From Alphaproteobacteria bacterium (GTDB taxonomy: Bacteria; Pseudomonadota; Alphaproteobacteria; UBA2966): a stretch of 64,000 nt of DNA. The notes beneath the pieces are model-generated. The model saw nothing but the letters and a program-made list of their open reading frames with translations, made no database searches and had not been told where the DNA came from. The stretch is from the NCBI GenBank assembly GCA_964291395.2, contig OZ219858.1, positions 1,264,953-1,328,952 of the forward strand. Direction: 5' to 3'. The translations under genes were made by a program, and so were the position numbers. Positions within the stretch are counted from its first letter, which is position 1; each line of letters begins with the position of its first letter. Shown one piece after another: positions 32,294 to 42,076 of the stretch.

Positions 32294-33586
32294 CTAGCGC
32301 TGCGAGACGCGCAGGCCGCGGTCGAGATCGTCGATGAGATCCTGCGGATCCTCCAGTCCCACGGAGAGGCGGATGAGATCCTCGGAAATTCCCGCGGCCT
32401 CGAGCGCGTCAGCGTCCATCTGCTGATGCGTCGTGGTCGCGGGGTGAATCACGAGTGACTTCGCATCACCGACGTTCGCCAAGTGAGAGAACAGGCCGAC
32501 CGCCTCGATGAACTTCCGCCCCGCCTCTCGGCCGCCCTTGATCCCGAAGCTGAAGACCGCGCCACATCCTTTCGGGAACCGAGCCTTGGCGAGCTCGTGA
32601 TCCCGATGGCTCGGCAATTCGGGATAACCGACCCAGGCGACGGCCTCGTGATCGTCCAAAAATGCGACGAGGCGGCGCGTGTTGTCGACGTGCCGTGTCA
32701 TGCGCAACGGGAGAGTCTCGATGCCTTGGATGATGTGAAACGCGTTGGCGGGACTCATGCAGGCCCCGAAATCCCGCAGTCCTTCCGACCGCGCCCGCAT
32801 CACATAGGCTTGGGGTCCAAATTCCTCGACGAAATCAAGGCCGTGATAACCGGCGTAGGGCTCGGTGAGCGTAGGAAACTTACCTGACGCTTCCCAATCG
32901 AACGTCCCTCCGTCTACGACAACGCCGCCAATGGCAACCCCGTGGCCTCCCAAGAACTTGGTTGCCGAATGCATGATCAGATCGGCGCCCCATTCAAGCG
33001 GCCGGAAGAGATAGGGAGTCGCGAAGGTGGAGTCGATGAGAAGCGGCAAACCCGCCGCGTGCGCGATTTCCGCCACAACGGGGATATCGAGTATTTCCAA
33101 CCCTGGATTCCCCAGCGTTTCACCGAACAGCAAACGCGTTTCCGGCCGAATGGCGTCCTTGAACGCCTGCGGGTCACGCGGATCGACGAAGGTGGTTTCG
33201 ATTCCGAACCTGGGGAGCGTGTGGGTGAACAAGTTGTGCGACCCGCCGTAAATCGAACCGGACGAAACGATGTGATGTCCGGCGTCGAGGATGGTCGCGA
33301 CGGCGAGATGAAGCGCCGCCTGACCGCTCGCGGTACATACGGCGCCGACGCCCCCTTCGAGGCTCGAGATTCGTTCCTCCAGCACCGCCGTAGTCGGATT
33401 GGAGATCCGCGAATAGATATGACCTGCCCGCTCGAGGTTGAACAGCGAGGCGGCGTGATCGACGTCCTGAAACACATAAGATGTCGTCTGATACACGGGA
33501 ACCGCGCGTGATCCGGTCGCCGGATCGGGATGCTGACCCGCGTGCAGGCTCAGTGTGTCAAATCTCGGGAAGTTAGGCTTGGCCAT
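32294..33586 (-). CDS. metY: O-acetylhomoserine aminocarboxypropyltransferase (MetY-like)
   Basis: [22 protein letters not shown] lysine, [11 protein letters not shown]. Confidence 0.85.
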   Translation of the reverse strand: MAKPNFPRFDTLSLHAGQHPDPATGSRAVPVYQTTSYVFQDVDHAASLFNLERAGHIYSRISNPTTAVLEERISSLEGGVGAVCTASGQAALHLAVATILDAGHHIVSSGSIYGGSHNLFTHTLPRFGIETTFVDPRDPQAFKDAIRPETRLLFGETLGNPGLEILDIPVVAEIAHAAGLPLLIDSTFATPYLFRPLEWGADLIMHSATKFLGGHGVAIGGVVVDGGTFDWEASGKFPTLTEPYAGYHGLDFVEEFGPQAYVMRARSEGLRDFGACMSPANAFHIIQGIETLPLRMTRHVDNTRRLVAFLDDHEAVAWVGYPELPSHRDHELAKARFPKGCGAVFSFGIKGGREAGRKFIEAVGLFSHLANVGDAKSLVIHPATTTHQQMDADALEAAGISEDLIRLSVGLEDPQDLIDDLDRGLRVSQR

Positions 33587-33763
33587 GCGTCCGTCCCTTC
33601 GGAAGAGCGCAACCTATCCGGCACTCCGGTGCGCGTCCAGCGCACTAGACGTACGACGCGACATTGGGTTGGGAGGCGTCAAGAGTGGTTTGGTGGGGAA
33701 GGCGACCGGCCGGATGAAGAAGGTTCAACGAAACCGGCGAACCGTCGGGGGCGGGGTCCGGCA

Positions 33764-33949
33764 CTACTTCTTGAACAGCGATTCCGCGTCTCCCCGCACG
33801 GCTTTTTTCGAGGCGATGACGTCGCGAATACGGGCGATTTCCTCTTCGAGTTCCGAGATCCTGTTCTCCAGTTCCTCGATCCCCAACGTCTCGAGCTTGA
33901 TCGGTTCCGGCTGCTTGACCGGTAGACCGTCGAGATCATCCATGGTCAT
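33764..33949 (-). CDS. DUF1192 family small protein
   Basis: LGIEELENRISELEEEIARI...AESLFK. Confidence 0.8.
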   Translation of the reverse strand: MTMDDLDGLPVKQPEPIKLETLGIEELENRISELEEEIARIRDVIASKKAVRGDAESLFKK

Positions 33950-34174
33950 GGCTTCTCCCCGCTCGGTGACGTTCCTCTCGAGGCGGTGTACCACTGTACG
34001 TGATCGTCGGACAATGGCTCAACGGCTCTTGCAAGGCTGCCGGCGCCGGTCCATATCATCGGGGGCGGCACCCGGGGCACATCTGCGCAAATGGACGAAT
34101 TCGCTTGTGCGGGAGGCCCGAAATGGACATGGTGCCGGAAGTTCACTGCGGCCAACCGCAAGAGGAGTTCTTTC

Positions 34175-35044
34175 ATGCCGCTGCCGTTGATGCCCAAGGC
34201 AACCGCTGTTTGGCTGATCGACAACACATCACTGACGTTTGACCAGATTGCCGAGTTTTGCGGTCTGCATCCGCTCGAAGTGAAGGGCATCGCGGACGGC
34301 GAGGTGGCGATCGGCATCCAAGGTCGCGACCCGGTTCCGGACGGCGAATTGACGCGAGAAGAGATCGAACGGTGCGTGGCCGACCCGAGCGCGCGGCTGA
34401 ATATGGCGACGTCCGATATTCCCCGGCCAAAGGCGCGGACGAGCGGCCCCAAGTACACGCCGGTCACCAAGCGCCAGGACCGTCCCAACGCCATCATGTG
34501 GTTGCTCCGTTATCATTCTGAGTTGTCCGACGCTCAGATTTGCCGGCTTGTCGGTACCACCAAGCCGACCATCAATTCGGTGCGTGAGCGCACCCACTGG
34601 AATATGGCAAACCTCAAGCCGATCGACCCGGTGTCCCTGGGAATGTGCTCGCAAGTTGAGCTTGACGAAGTGGTGACCAAGGCTCACGCGAGGCTGCGGT
34701 CGCGTGAGCGCCGAGAAGCGCGGGAACACGCGCGCGTGGAACGCGAGGCGGCGGGACCAACGACAGCCGCCGTCAAATCTCCCGCTGCGGCGCCTTTGGA
34801 AAATCCAGCGATTCCCGTGGAAATCGTGCCGGACCCGGAGGGGCCGGCACCGGAATCACCCGCCGAGCAGTCGGTTCATAGCGTGGAGAGCGTTTTCGGT
34901 GCCGCACCGGAACCGGCGCCCTCCGAGCCTGAACCGACAACGTCTGCGGTGTTCCGGACCCCGGAACCGTCGGATTCGGAGTCATCGGCTCCGCTGCGGC
35001 ATGGTGATGGGTCTCCTCCCGAGGAGGCAGAGCCCGCGACTTAG
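34175..35044 (+). CDS. trcR: DUF1013 family (TrcR-like) regulator with Pro/Glu-rich tail
   Basis: PLMPKATAVWLIDNT, KYTPVTKRQDRP, RTHWN. Confidence 0.85.
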   Translation: MPLPLMPKATAVWLIDNTSLTFDQIAEFCGLHPLEVKGIADGEVAIGIQGRDPVPDGELTREEIERCVADPSARLNMATSDIPRPKARTSGPKYTPVTKRQDRPNAIMWLLRYHSELSDAQICRLVGTTKPTINSVRERTHWNMANLKPIDPVSLGMCSQVELDEVVTKAHARLRSRERREAREHARVEREAAGPTTAAVKSPAAAPLENPAIPVEIVPDPEGPAPESPAEQSVHSVESVFGAAPEPAPSEPEPTTSAVFRTPEPSDSESSAPLRHGDGSPPEEAEPAT

Positions 35045-35158
35045 GGCGGTTTCCAGTTTGACTGGAATATGGGGTGCGGCCCCTATGAGCTCGGGCGCGC
35101 CGCGTGCTTGACCCGTCAGGGTGCTCCCCTCTGCGAAACCGCAGCTGGGCGTGATCGT

Positions 35159-36508
35159 CTACTGATGGATCGTTTCCAGCTCCCGCATGCGCCGCCGAAG
35201 GTATTCACGGCGCTCCTCCCCGTCGTAGGCATCGGCGTCCATCACGGCGCCAACGACCTGCCGCCCGAGTTCGCGCAAGAAATCGCGGTCGTCGCCGTTG
35301 CTCCGCGGCGGTATTCCGAGAACCGTGTCGTAGCAATGCGTGTGGATGGGCTTGCGAGACTCGCACTGACGCGTCAGCTCCGTACGCGGGTCGTATTCCC
35401 CTCGGACGGACCGGCGTAGCATACGGCGGAGCGTTGCGACACCCCGATCGGTCGTACCGAGATGTTCGAGCGCATGAATGGCAATGGGGCGCTGTGATAC
35501 CTGTGCTTCCCAGTCTCCGGGCTCCCGTTGCATTGCCTCGTGGCTTCGATGACCCGTCTGGCCGAAAAAATCGACAGTGTCGACGCCGCACTGGTCTTCG
35601 CGGCCCAATCCCTGTGGATCGACTTCACCGTTGAAATGTCGGAAACCGAACATCCAGCAGTGGGTATCGTCCACCGGCACGATCCATTTGGTGAGGCTCA
35701 CGCCCGTGAAGTACTTCACCTTCTCCGCCGTTTCCCAAAGCGCCGTCGTTTGCCCGAAGTTGGGAAGCATCGTGTGATTGCCCTTGATCCACACTAGATT
35801 TCCGATCCGCCGGCTGCCGATGTACACCATGCCGTTCGGCACATCCGCAAAGTCGAGCACGGGGACGGCTCCATAAGATTCGGTGAGCTGAACGTTGCTC
35901 ATCCGAGTATGCAGAAAGGCCGCGTGGACCGGATCCATGACATTGTCATGGACCTGCAACCAGTTGCAGGGATGCCAAATTGAGTACGGCACCAGCCGGT
36001 TGCCTGCGGGCTCGACGTAACAGTCGTATATGGGGAACGGCGGCAGGTCTTCAGGTGGACCCAGATAGGCAAAGACGAGGCCGTCATGCTCGCGCGCCGG
36101 ATAGGCGCCATGACGAAACGAGTCCTTGAGGCGCGAGTCGGAAGGCTCGCCAGGAGTCTCGAGAATCGTGCCGTCGGTATCGAAGAGCCAGCCGTGATAA
36201 CAGCAACGAATGCCCCGCTTCGACACGATGCCATATTCCAACGACGTGCCCCGATGGCTGCAGTGCCGATGGAGAAGTCCGATGCGACCCGTTCGGTCGC
36301 GAAATGCCACGAGATCCTCTCCCATGACGCGAATCGCCTTGGGCAGGTCGTTCAACTCCCGAGAAAGGCAGACCGGTTGCCAGAACTTACGCATGAGCTC
36401 GCCCATGGGTGTTCCCGGTCCGGTTTCCGTGAGCTCCGAGTCATGGGCCGGAACGTCGCCCATGAAATAGGCGCCGTAGGGCGTCCGAATGGATGCGGCT
36501 TCGGTCAT
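35159..36508 (-). CDS. Rieske non-heme iron oxygenase alpha subunit (phthalate dioxygenase-like family)
   Basis: CSH...CCYH Rieske ligands; DPVHAAFLH mononuclear Fe motif. Confidence 0.9.
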   Translation of the reverse strand: MTEAASIRTPYGAYFMGDVPAHDSELTETGPGTPMGELMRKFWQPVCLSRELNDLPKAIRVMGEDLVAFRDRTGRIGLLHRHCSHRGTSLEYGIVSKRGIRCCYHGWLFDTDGTILETPGEPSDSRLKDSFRHGAYPAREHDGLVFAYLGPPEDLPPFPIYDCYVEPAGNRLVPYSIWHPCNWLQVHDNVMDPVHAAFLHTRMSNVQLTESYGAVPVLDFADVPNGMVYIGSRRIGNLVWIKGNHTMLPNFGQTTALWETAEKVKYFTGVSLTKWIVPVDDTHCWMFGFRHFNGEVDPQGLGREDQCGVDTVDFFGQTGHRSHEAMQREPGDWEAQVSQRPIAIHALEHLGTTDRGVATLRRMLRRSVRGEYDPRTELTRQCESRKPIHTHCYDTVLGIPPRSNGDDRDFLRELGRQVVGAVMDADAYDGEERREYLRRRMRELETIHQ

Positions 36509-36550
36509 CGGTCCAGCCGTTCGCCGAAGGTTACGACCGCGGCGAATACA

Positions 36551-37330
36551 TTACGCTTTGGGTGGCATGACGTGGTTGAGGGCCAGCCGTCCTCCCTCCA
36601 CATAGATGGTCTGACCCGTGATGTAGCTCGAATCGTCGCTCGCCAGGAATAGCGCCGTGCCCGCAATATCTTCGGGTTGACCCATGCGGTGCAGCGGCGT
36701 TCGCGACATCACCCGGGCAAAGGACTCCTCATCGGAGAGGACCACCGCCGCCATGTCGGTTTCGATCGATCCGGGTCCGATGGCGTTGACCCGCACCCCC
36801 CGATGAGCCAGGCCGATGGCCATGGATTTGGTGAGACCGTTGACACCCGCCTTCGAGGCGACGTAGGCCGCCTGATTGCCGATTGCCATGACGGCCGTCA
36901 CTGATGCGATATTGATGATACTGCCGGCTCCCCGCTTTACCATTTCCCGGGCCGCCGCCTGACACACGAAGAACGCACCTTTGAGGTTGATGCCGACGAC
37001 CCGGTCCCACTCGGACTCCTCCGTTTCAAGCACGTCCGAACCGTCGATTGGGATGACGCCGGCGCAATTCAGGGAAACGTCGAGCCCACCGTAGGTGTCG
37101 ACGGCGGCCTGTACTAAGGCAGTCACCTGCTGCGGATCTCTGATGTCCGTGCGTTTGTACAGGGCTCTGCCGCCATCCGACTCGATTTCCGCGGCGACAA
37201 CGGTTCCTTGATCGTCGATGACATCCGCGATCACCACCGCCGCGCCCTCGGCGGCGAACCGTTTGGCGCAGCCCCGGCCGATCCCCTTGCTGGCGCCCGT
37301 GATGATCGCAACTTTTCCCTGGAGTTTCAT
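36551..37330 (-). CDS. Classical SDR oxidoreductase
   Basis: TGASKGIG, YVASK. Confidence 0.92.
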   Translation of the reverse strand: MKLQGKVAIITGASKGIGRGCAKRFAAEGAAVVIADVIDDQGTVVAAEIESDGGRALYKRTDIRDPQQVTALVQAAVDTYGGLDVSLNCAGVIPIDGSDVLETEESEWDRVVGINLKGAFFVCQAAAREMVKRGAGSIINIASVTAVMAIGNQAAYVASKAGVNGLTKSMAIGLAHRGVRVNAIGPGSIETDMAAVVLSDEESFARVMSRTPLHRMGQPEDIAGTALFLASDDSSYITGQTIYVEGGRLALNHVMPPKA

Positions 37331-37369
37331 GCCCGTGCCTCTCCCGGACCGGTCTGAGTTTCGGTGGAC

Positions 37370-38155
37370 CTATTCATCGAACGGCAAAACGATGTTCTGG
37401 ATCAACCGCCCGCCGTCAACGAACATCGTGTGCCCCGTGAGATAGGCGGCGTCGTCGCTGGCCAGGAACAGTGCCGCGTTGGCGATCTCTTCCGGCTCGG
37501 CCAGCCGTCCAAGCGGCGTTCGCGCCAATACGCGCTTCATCGCGGCGCTTTTGCCGTCATATCCGAGAGCCGACTCGGAAAGCTCCGTCCGGACCGTTCC
37601 CGGCCCCACCGCATTCACTCGAATGCCCTTGTCCGCCAATGCAAGACCGATGCTTCGGGTCATCTGAAAGACCCCGGCCTTCGACGTGCAGTAACTCACC
37701 TGATCGGGCATGCCGACCATCGCCGTGACCGAGCAGATGTTGACGACGGATCCTTTGGTGCCGGCCGCGACCATGCGGCGAGCGGCGGCTTGGGTCATCA
37801 GGAACACACCTCGTAGATTGACGCGCAACACCTGATCGAAGGAAGCAATATCCGTCTCGAGGAATCTCTCGTTGCGGATGATTCCGGCGTTGTTGACGAG
37901 AACATCAACACCGCCGAATTGCTCCGCCGCCGACGCAACGAGGTGCTCCGCCTCCGCGGGATCGCCGATGTCGGCCTGCACGAACGCGGCGCGATGCCCC
38001 GCGGCCTGAAGGTCGCCAACCGCTTTCTCTCCGAGCTTCGCATCGATCTCTCCGACGACGACGGAGGCGCCTTCCTCGGCGAACCGCTTCGCGGTCGCGA
38101 AACCGATTCCACGGCCACCACCCGTCACGATCACTGTCGCGTTCTCGAACCTCAT
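37370..38155 (-). CDS. Classical SDR oxidoreductase
   Basis: TGGGRGIG, NNAG, YCTSK. Confidence 0.92.
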   Translation of the reverse strand: MRFENATVIVTGGGRGIGFATAKRFAEEGASVVVGEIDAKLGEKAVGDLQAAGHRAAFVQADIGDPAEAEHLVASAAEQFGGVDVLVNNAGIIRNERFLETDIASFDQVLRVNLRGVFLMTQAAARRMVAAGTKGSVVNICSVTAMVGMPDQVSYCTSKAGVFQMTRSIGLALADKGIRVNAVGPGTVRTELSESALGYDGKSAAMKRVLARTPLGRLAEPEEIANAALFLASDDAAYLTGHTMFVDGGRLIQNIVLPFDE

Positions 38156-38192
38156 GGGTCCGCCACCTCCGATCTTTGCGTTGAACATAAAG

Positions 38193-38984
38193 TCATGCGG
38201 CCGGGAGTTCGTCGACCGGCATCACGTGGTTCAACGCCAGCCGGCCACCGTCGGGATAGATGATCTGTCCCGTCATGTAGGAGGATTCGTCGCTCGCCAG
38301 GAACACCACCGATCCCGCGACATCCTCGGATTCACCGATGTACCCCAACGGAATACGCGACAGCACGCGGCGATAGGCGGATTCGTTGACCAGAACGGCC
38401 TCGGCGACCGCGGTCTTGATGGTGCCGGGTCCGATCGCATTGACCCGAATGCCGTGCTCCGCGAGCGCCAAGGCCATGGCCTTCGTCAGACCATGAATGC
38501 CGTGTTTGGATGACACGTAGGCTGCCTGATCGGGATTGGCGAGTGTCGACAGCATCGACGCCGTGTTGACTATGCTGCCGGCGATGCCCTGGTCCACCAT
38601 GTGCCGCGCCGTGGCCTGGGCCACGCGAAATGCCCCGAAGACATTGATGTCCATGATGGTGCGCATCTCTTCCTCGGTCATCTCGAGGAAGGCTGTCCCG
38701 GGCCCGATGACCCCCGCGTTGTTGAACAGGATATCGACACCGCCCATGAAGTCGACGCCTGCGGCAATGAAGTTGTTGACCTGGCCGATGTCGGTGACGT
38801 CACACTCGACAAACGAGGCCTTCCCACCAGTATCTGTAAGCTCCCGAGCGGCGGCTTGTCCTTCGTCAACGAGAATGTCTCCGAGCACGACGACCGCGCC
38901 TTCGGCCACGAACCGCCGGGCGCTGGCAAGACCGATGCCCCGCCCGCCCCCGGTGATCAGCGCCCGTTTTCCTTCCAATCGCAT
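38193..38984 (-). CDS. Classical SDR oxidoreductase
   Basis: TGGGRGIG, NNAG, YVSSK. Confidence 0.92.
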   Translation of the reverse strand: MRLEGKRALITGGGRGIGLASARRFVAEGAVVVLGDILVDEGQAAARELTDTGGKASFVECDVTDIGQVNNFIAAGVDFMGGVDILFNNAGVIGPGTAFLEMTEEEMRTIMDINVFGAFRVAQATARHMVDQGIAGSIVNTASMLSTLANPDQAAYVSSKHGIHGLTKAMALALAEHGIRVNAIGPGTIKTAVAEAVLVNESAYRRVLSRIPLGYIGESEDVAGSVVFLASDESSYMTGQIIYPDGGRLALNHVMPVDELPAA

Positions 38985-39077
38985 GACCTTTCCTTTCTCC
39001 AAGCCACCAGAGCATCGCAATTGACGTCGCGGATCGATCGGGCGGTAACCGAGATGAGTGCCGGATCGTCTCCCGCG

Positions 39078-40988
39078 TCAGGAAGACGCGCCGTGACGGG
39101 TGTAACCGATTCCCCGCAGCGCTTCTTCGATTTCCCCGAGGATGGCGGGGTCGTCGATCGTGGCCGGCATCTTATATTCCTCTCCGTCCGCAATCCGGCG
39201 CATCGTTCCCCGGAGAATCTTGCCCGACCGCGTCTTGGGCAGGCGCTCGACGACGGTGGCCTCCTTGAACGACGCCACCGGCCCGATGCGATCGCGGACA
39301 AGCTGAACGACTTCGACGACAATCTCCTCGTGCGGCCGGTTGACACCCGCCTTGAGCACGAGAAGACCGACGGGAATCTGACCCTTGAGCTTATCGTGAA
39401 CACCGACCACCGCGCACTCGGCGACGTCCTGGTGACTTGCCAGCACTTCTTCCATGCCGCCCGTGGACAGGCGATGGCCGGCCACGTTGATGATGTCGTC
39501 CGTGCGGCTCATGATGTAGAGGTAACCATCCTCGTCCTGGTAGCCCGCGTCTCCCGTCTCGTAGTAGCCGGGAAAGTCCTCGAGATAGGAAGACAGATAC
39601 CCCTCGTCGTTGTTCCAGAGGGTCGGCAGGCAGCCGGGCGGCATCGGCAGCTTGATGACGATCGCGCCGGTCGCGCCTGCCGCGACCTCCTTGGCGCCGT
39701 CGTCCACGACGCGCACGTCGAAACCGGGCGCCGGTTTCGACACCGAACCGTGCTTCACCGGCAACAGGCCGAGACCCGCATAGTTTCCGCCGATCATCCA
39801 TCCGGTCTCCGTCTGCCACCAATGATCGACGACGGGGACTCCAAGCCGGTTCTCGGCCCATTCCAAGGTGTCGGCATCGGATCTTTCCCCAGCCAGGAAC
39901 AACGTCCGGAAACTACCGAGATCGTACTTGCCGATCAGCTTGCCGTCCGGATCGTCGCGCTTGATCGCCCGGAACGCCGTCGGCGCCGTGAACAGCACCG
40001 AACACTTGTGCTCGGAAATAATGCGCCAGTAGACGCCCGCGTCGGGCGTGCCCACGGGCTTCCCCTCGAAGAGGATGGAGGCGCACCCGTGGATCAGCGG
40101 CGCGTAAACGATGTACGAGTGGCCGACGGTCCAACCGAGGTCGGAGGCGGCCCAGTACACTTCACCGGGCTCGACCCCGTAGACGTTCGGCATGCTCCAG
40201 GCCAACGCCACGAGGTGTCCGCCGTTGTCGCGCACCACTCCCTTGGGCACGCCGGTCGTGCCGGACGTGTAGAGAATGTACAGAGGGTCGGTCGCCCGGA
40301 CCGGCACGCAATCCACCGGTTCCGCCTCATCCATCGCCTCCTTCCAATCGATGTCGCGCCCCGGAATGAGGTCAGTGGCATGTTGCTTGCGCTGCAAGAT
40401 GATACAGGTGTCGGGCTTATGCCGCGCGATTTCGATGGCTTCGTCGACCATGGGCTTGTATTCGACGATCCTGCCGGGCTCGACACCGCAACTCGTGGCG
40501 ACGATCATTTTCGGCTTGGCGTCGTCGATGCGCGTTGCCAACTCGTTCGCGGCGAATCCACCGAATACGACGGAATGCACGGCGCCGATCCGTGCGCACG
40601 CCAGCATGGCGACGGCGGCCTGCGGCACCATGGACATGTAGATGATGACGCGATCGCCCTTCTCGATTCCGTGTCGGCGGAGAACACCGGCGAAGCGGGC
40701 GATTTTGTCCTGAAGCTCGGCGTAGGTGAAAATCCTCTTCGAGTCCGTGATGGGGCTGTCGTAGATGAGCGCTGGTTGATCGCCGCGCCCATTCTCCACA
40801 TGGCGGTCGATGCAGTTGTAACAGGTGTTGGTCTCACCCCCGACAAACCAGCGGTAAAATGGCTCGTTCGAGGAATCGAGGACGATGTCCCACTTCTTGT
40901 ACCAATGCACAGCCTCCGCCGCGGCGGCCCAGAATCCCTCGGGGTCGGACTGCCATTCCGCATAGACTTCATCGTACCTGCTGGTCAT
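39078..40988 (-). CDS. prpE: Propionyl-CoA synthetase
   Basis: YTSGTTGVPKG, DHWWQTETG, LPKTRSGK. Confidence 0.88.
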   Translation of the reverse strand: MTSRYDEVYAEWQSDPEGFWAAAAEAVHWYKKWDIVLDSSNEPFYRWFVGGETNTCYNCIDRHVENGRGDQPALIYDSPITDSKRIFTYAELQDKIARFAGVLRRHGIEKGDRVIIYMSMVPQAAVAMLACARIGAVHSVVFGGFAANELATRIDDAKPKMIVATSCGVEPGRIVEYKPMVDEAIEIARHKPDTCIILQRKQHATDLIPGRDIDWKEAMDEAEPVDCVPVRATDPLYILYTSGTTGVPKGVVRDNGGHLVALAWSMPNVYGVEPGEVYWAASDLGWTVGHSYIVYAPLIHGCASILFEGKPVGTPDAGVYWRIISEHKCSVLFTAPTAFRAIKRDDPDGKLIGKYDLGSFRTLFLAGERSDADTLEWAENRLGVPVVDHWWQTETGWMIGGNYAGLGLLPVKHGSVSKPAPGFDVRVVDDGAKEVAAGATGAIVIKLPMPPGCLPTLWNNDEGYLSSYLEDFPGYYETGDAGYQDEDGYLYIMSRTDDIINVAGHRLSTGGMEEVLASHQDVAECAVVGVHDKLKGQIPVGLLVLKAGVNRPHEEIVVEVVQLVRDRIGPVASFKEATVVERLPKTRSGKILRGTMRRIADGEEYKMPATIDDPAILGEIEEALRGIGYTRHGASS

Positions 40989-41249
40989 CGGTGGTCCTCT
41001 CTTGCGCTTGACGGTTGCGTGCCGAGTCAAAGGATGCGCATTCAATCGCGCCGAGTCGAGAGGCGGTGGTGTCGGTGCCAGACCGAGTTCAGACAGATAT
41101 GAGACGCGGCACTTTGCGGATGCTGCCCAGTCTTGGAACTGGCGGCGGTCGGCACCAAACTCACGAACCGGCTTGCAGTGGGTAGGTTGGCCGGCATCGC
41201 GAATGTCTCGAAAGATCCTTCTCTTGAATCCGTCGGGCCCGCTCCCATA

Positions 41250-41266
41250 TTTAGAATGATTCTAAA
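41250..41266. promoter_or_regulatory. Irr iron control element (ICE) upstream of dps
   Basis: TTTAGAA-TGA-TTCTAAA, a perfect match to TTTAGAA-N3-TTCTAAA, immediately before the dps RBS. Confidence 0.8.
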
Positions 41267-41284
41267 ATCAAGGAGGGCTCCACA

Positions 41285-41779
41285 ATGTCGCAGACATTGC
41301 ATCCCACGAAGATCGACATCGCCGATAACACGCGCTCCGTGATGATCGACATCCTCAATGCACGACTGGCCGATTCAATAGATCTGGCAAGTCAGATGAA
41401 ACAGGCCCACTGGAATGTCAAGGGACCGACGTTCATCGCGCTGCACGAGTTGTTCGACAACATCCATGATGCCGTTCAGGGTCATATTGACGATATCGCG
41501 GAGCGTATTGCCGCGCTGGGCGGTACGGCACGGGGCACCGCAGCCGTGGCGGCGGGCGCTTCGGTTCTTCCCGCCTATCCGCTGGATGTACACTCCGGCA
41601 GCGAACATGTGGAAGCGGTAAGTACTGCCCTGGCGGTCTTCGGCAAGAATGTTCGTGAAGCCATCGTGGAGGCCGGAGAGGTCGGCGATGCGAACACCGA
41701 GGACCTGTTTGTTGGCGTTTCCCGCGATATCGACAAGAACTTGTGGCTGGTCGAGGCACACGCCCAGGCGGTGCACTGA
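41285..41779 (+). CDS. dps: DNA starvation/stationary phase protection protein
   Basis: KQAHWNVKG, LHELFD, DDIAER. Confidence 0.95.
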   Translation: MSQTLHPTKIDIADNTRSVMIDILNARLADSIDLASQMKQAHWNVKGPTFIALHELFDNIHDAVQGHIDDIAERIAALGGTARGTAAVAAGASVLPAYPLDVHSGSEHVEAVSTALAVFGKNVREAIVEAGEVGDANTEDLFVGVSRDIDKNLWLVEAHAQAVH

Positions 41780-42076
41780 GCCGGGATGTCCGTCTTGAAA
41801 TCCGACCAACCGTCCCGCCTGTCCCGACCACCGACCGCCCCGCCGTCCGGCGCTTCGCAGTGCCGATCTCTGGAATCTCAGATGCGGAAAATCAATGGGT
41901 TGATATCCTCCTGACCCCCGAGTTGCAGAAGTTGGGCTAAGCCCCTGCGTCAGCATCCAATGCCCGCCGCGGGCGCAGCTTCACGACAGCCTCGGTCTCA
42001 CGGCATTGATCGATTGAGCTTCGATGACCTAAGACTCGATGCATCCCGACGGTATCTTGTTTCAGGGAACGGAACC

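Noticed and set aside
33587-33763. SAM riboswitch upstream of metY
   Set aside because: No SAM-alpha or SAM-SAH consensus visible
38601-41102. 833-aa plus-strand ORF and similar long antisense ORFs (25448-27652, 2746-4053, 18822-20087, 42137-43366)
   Set aside because: Shadow frames opposite well-supported genes in GC-rich DNA; no motifs of their own
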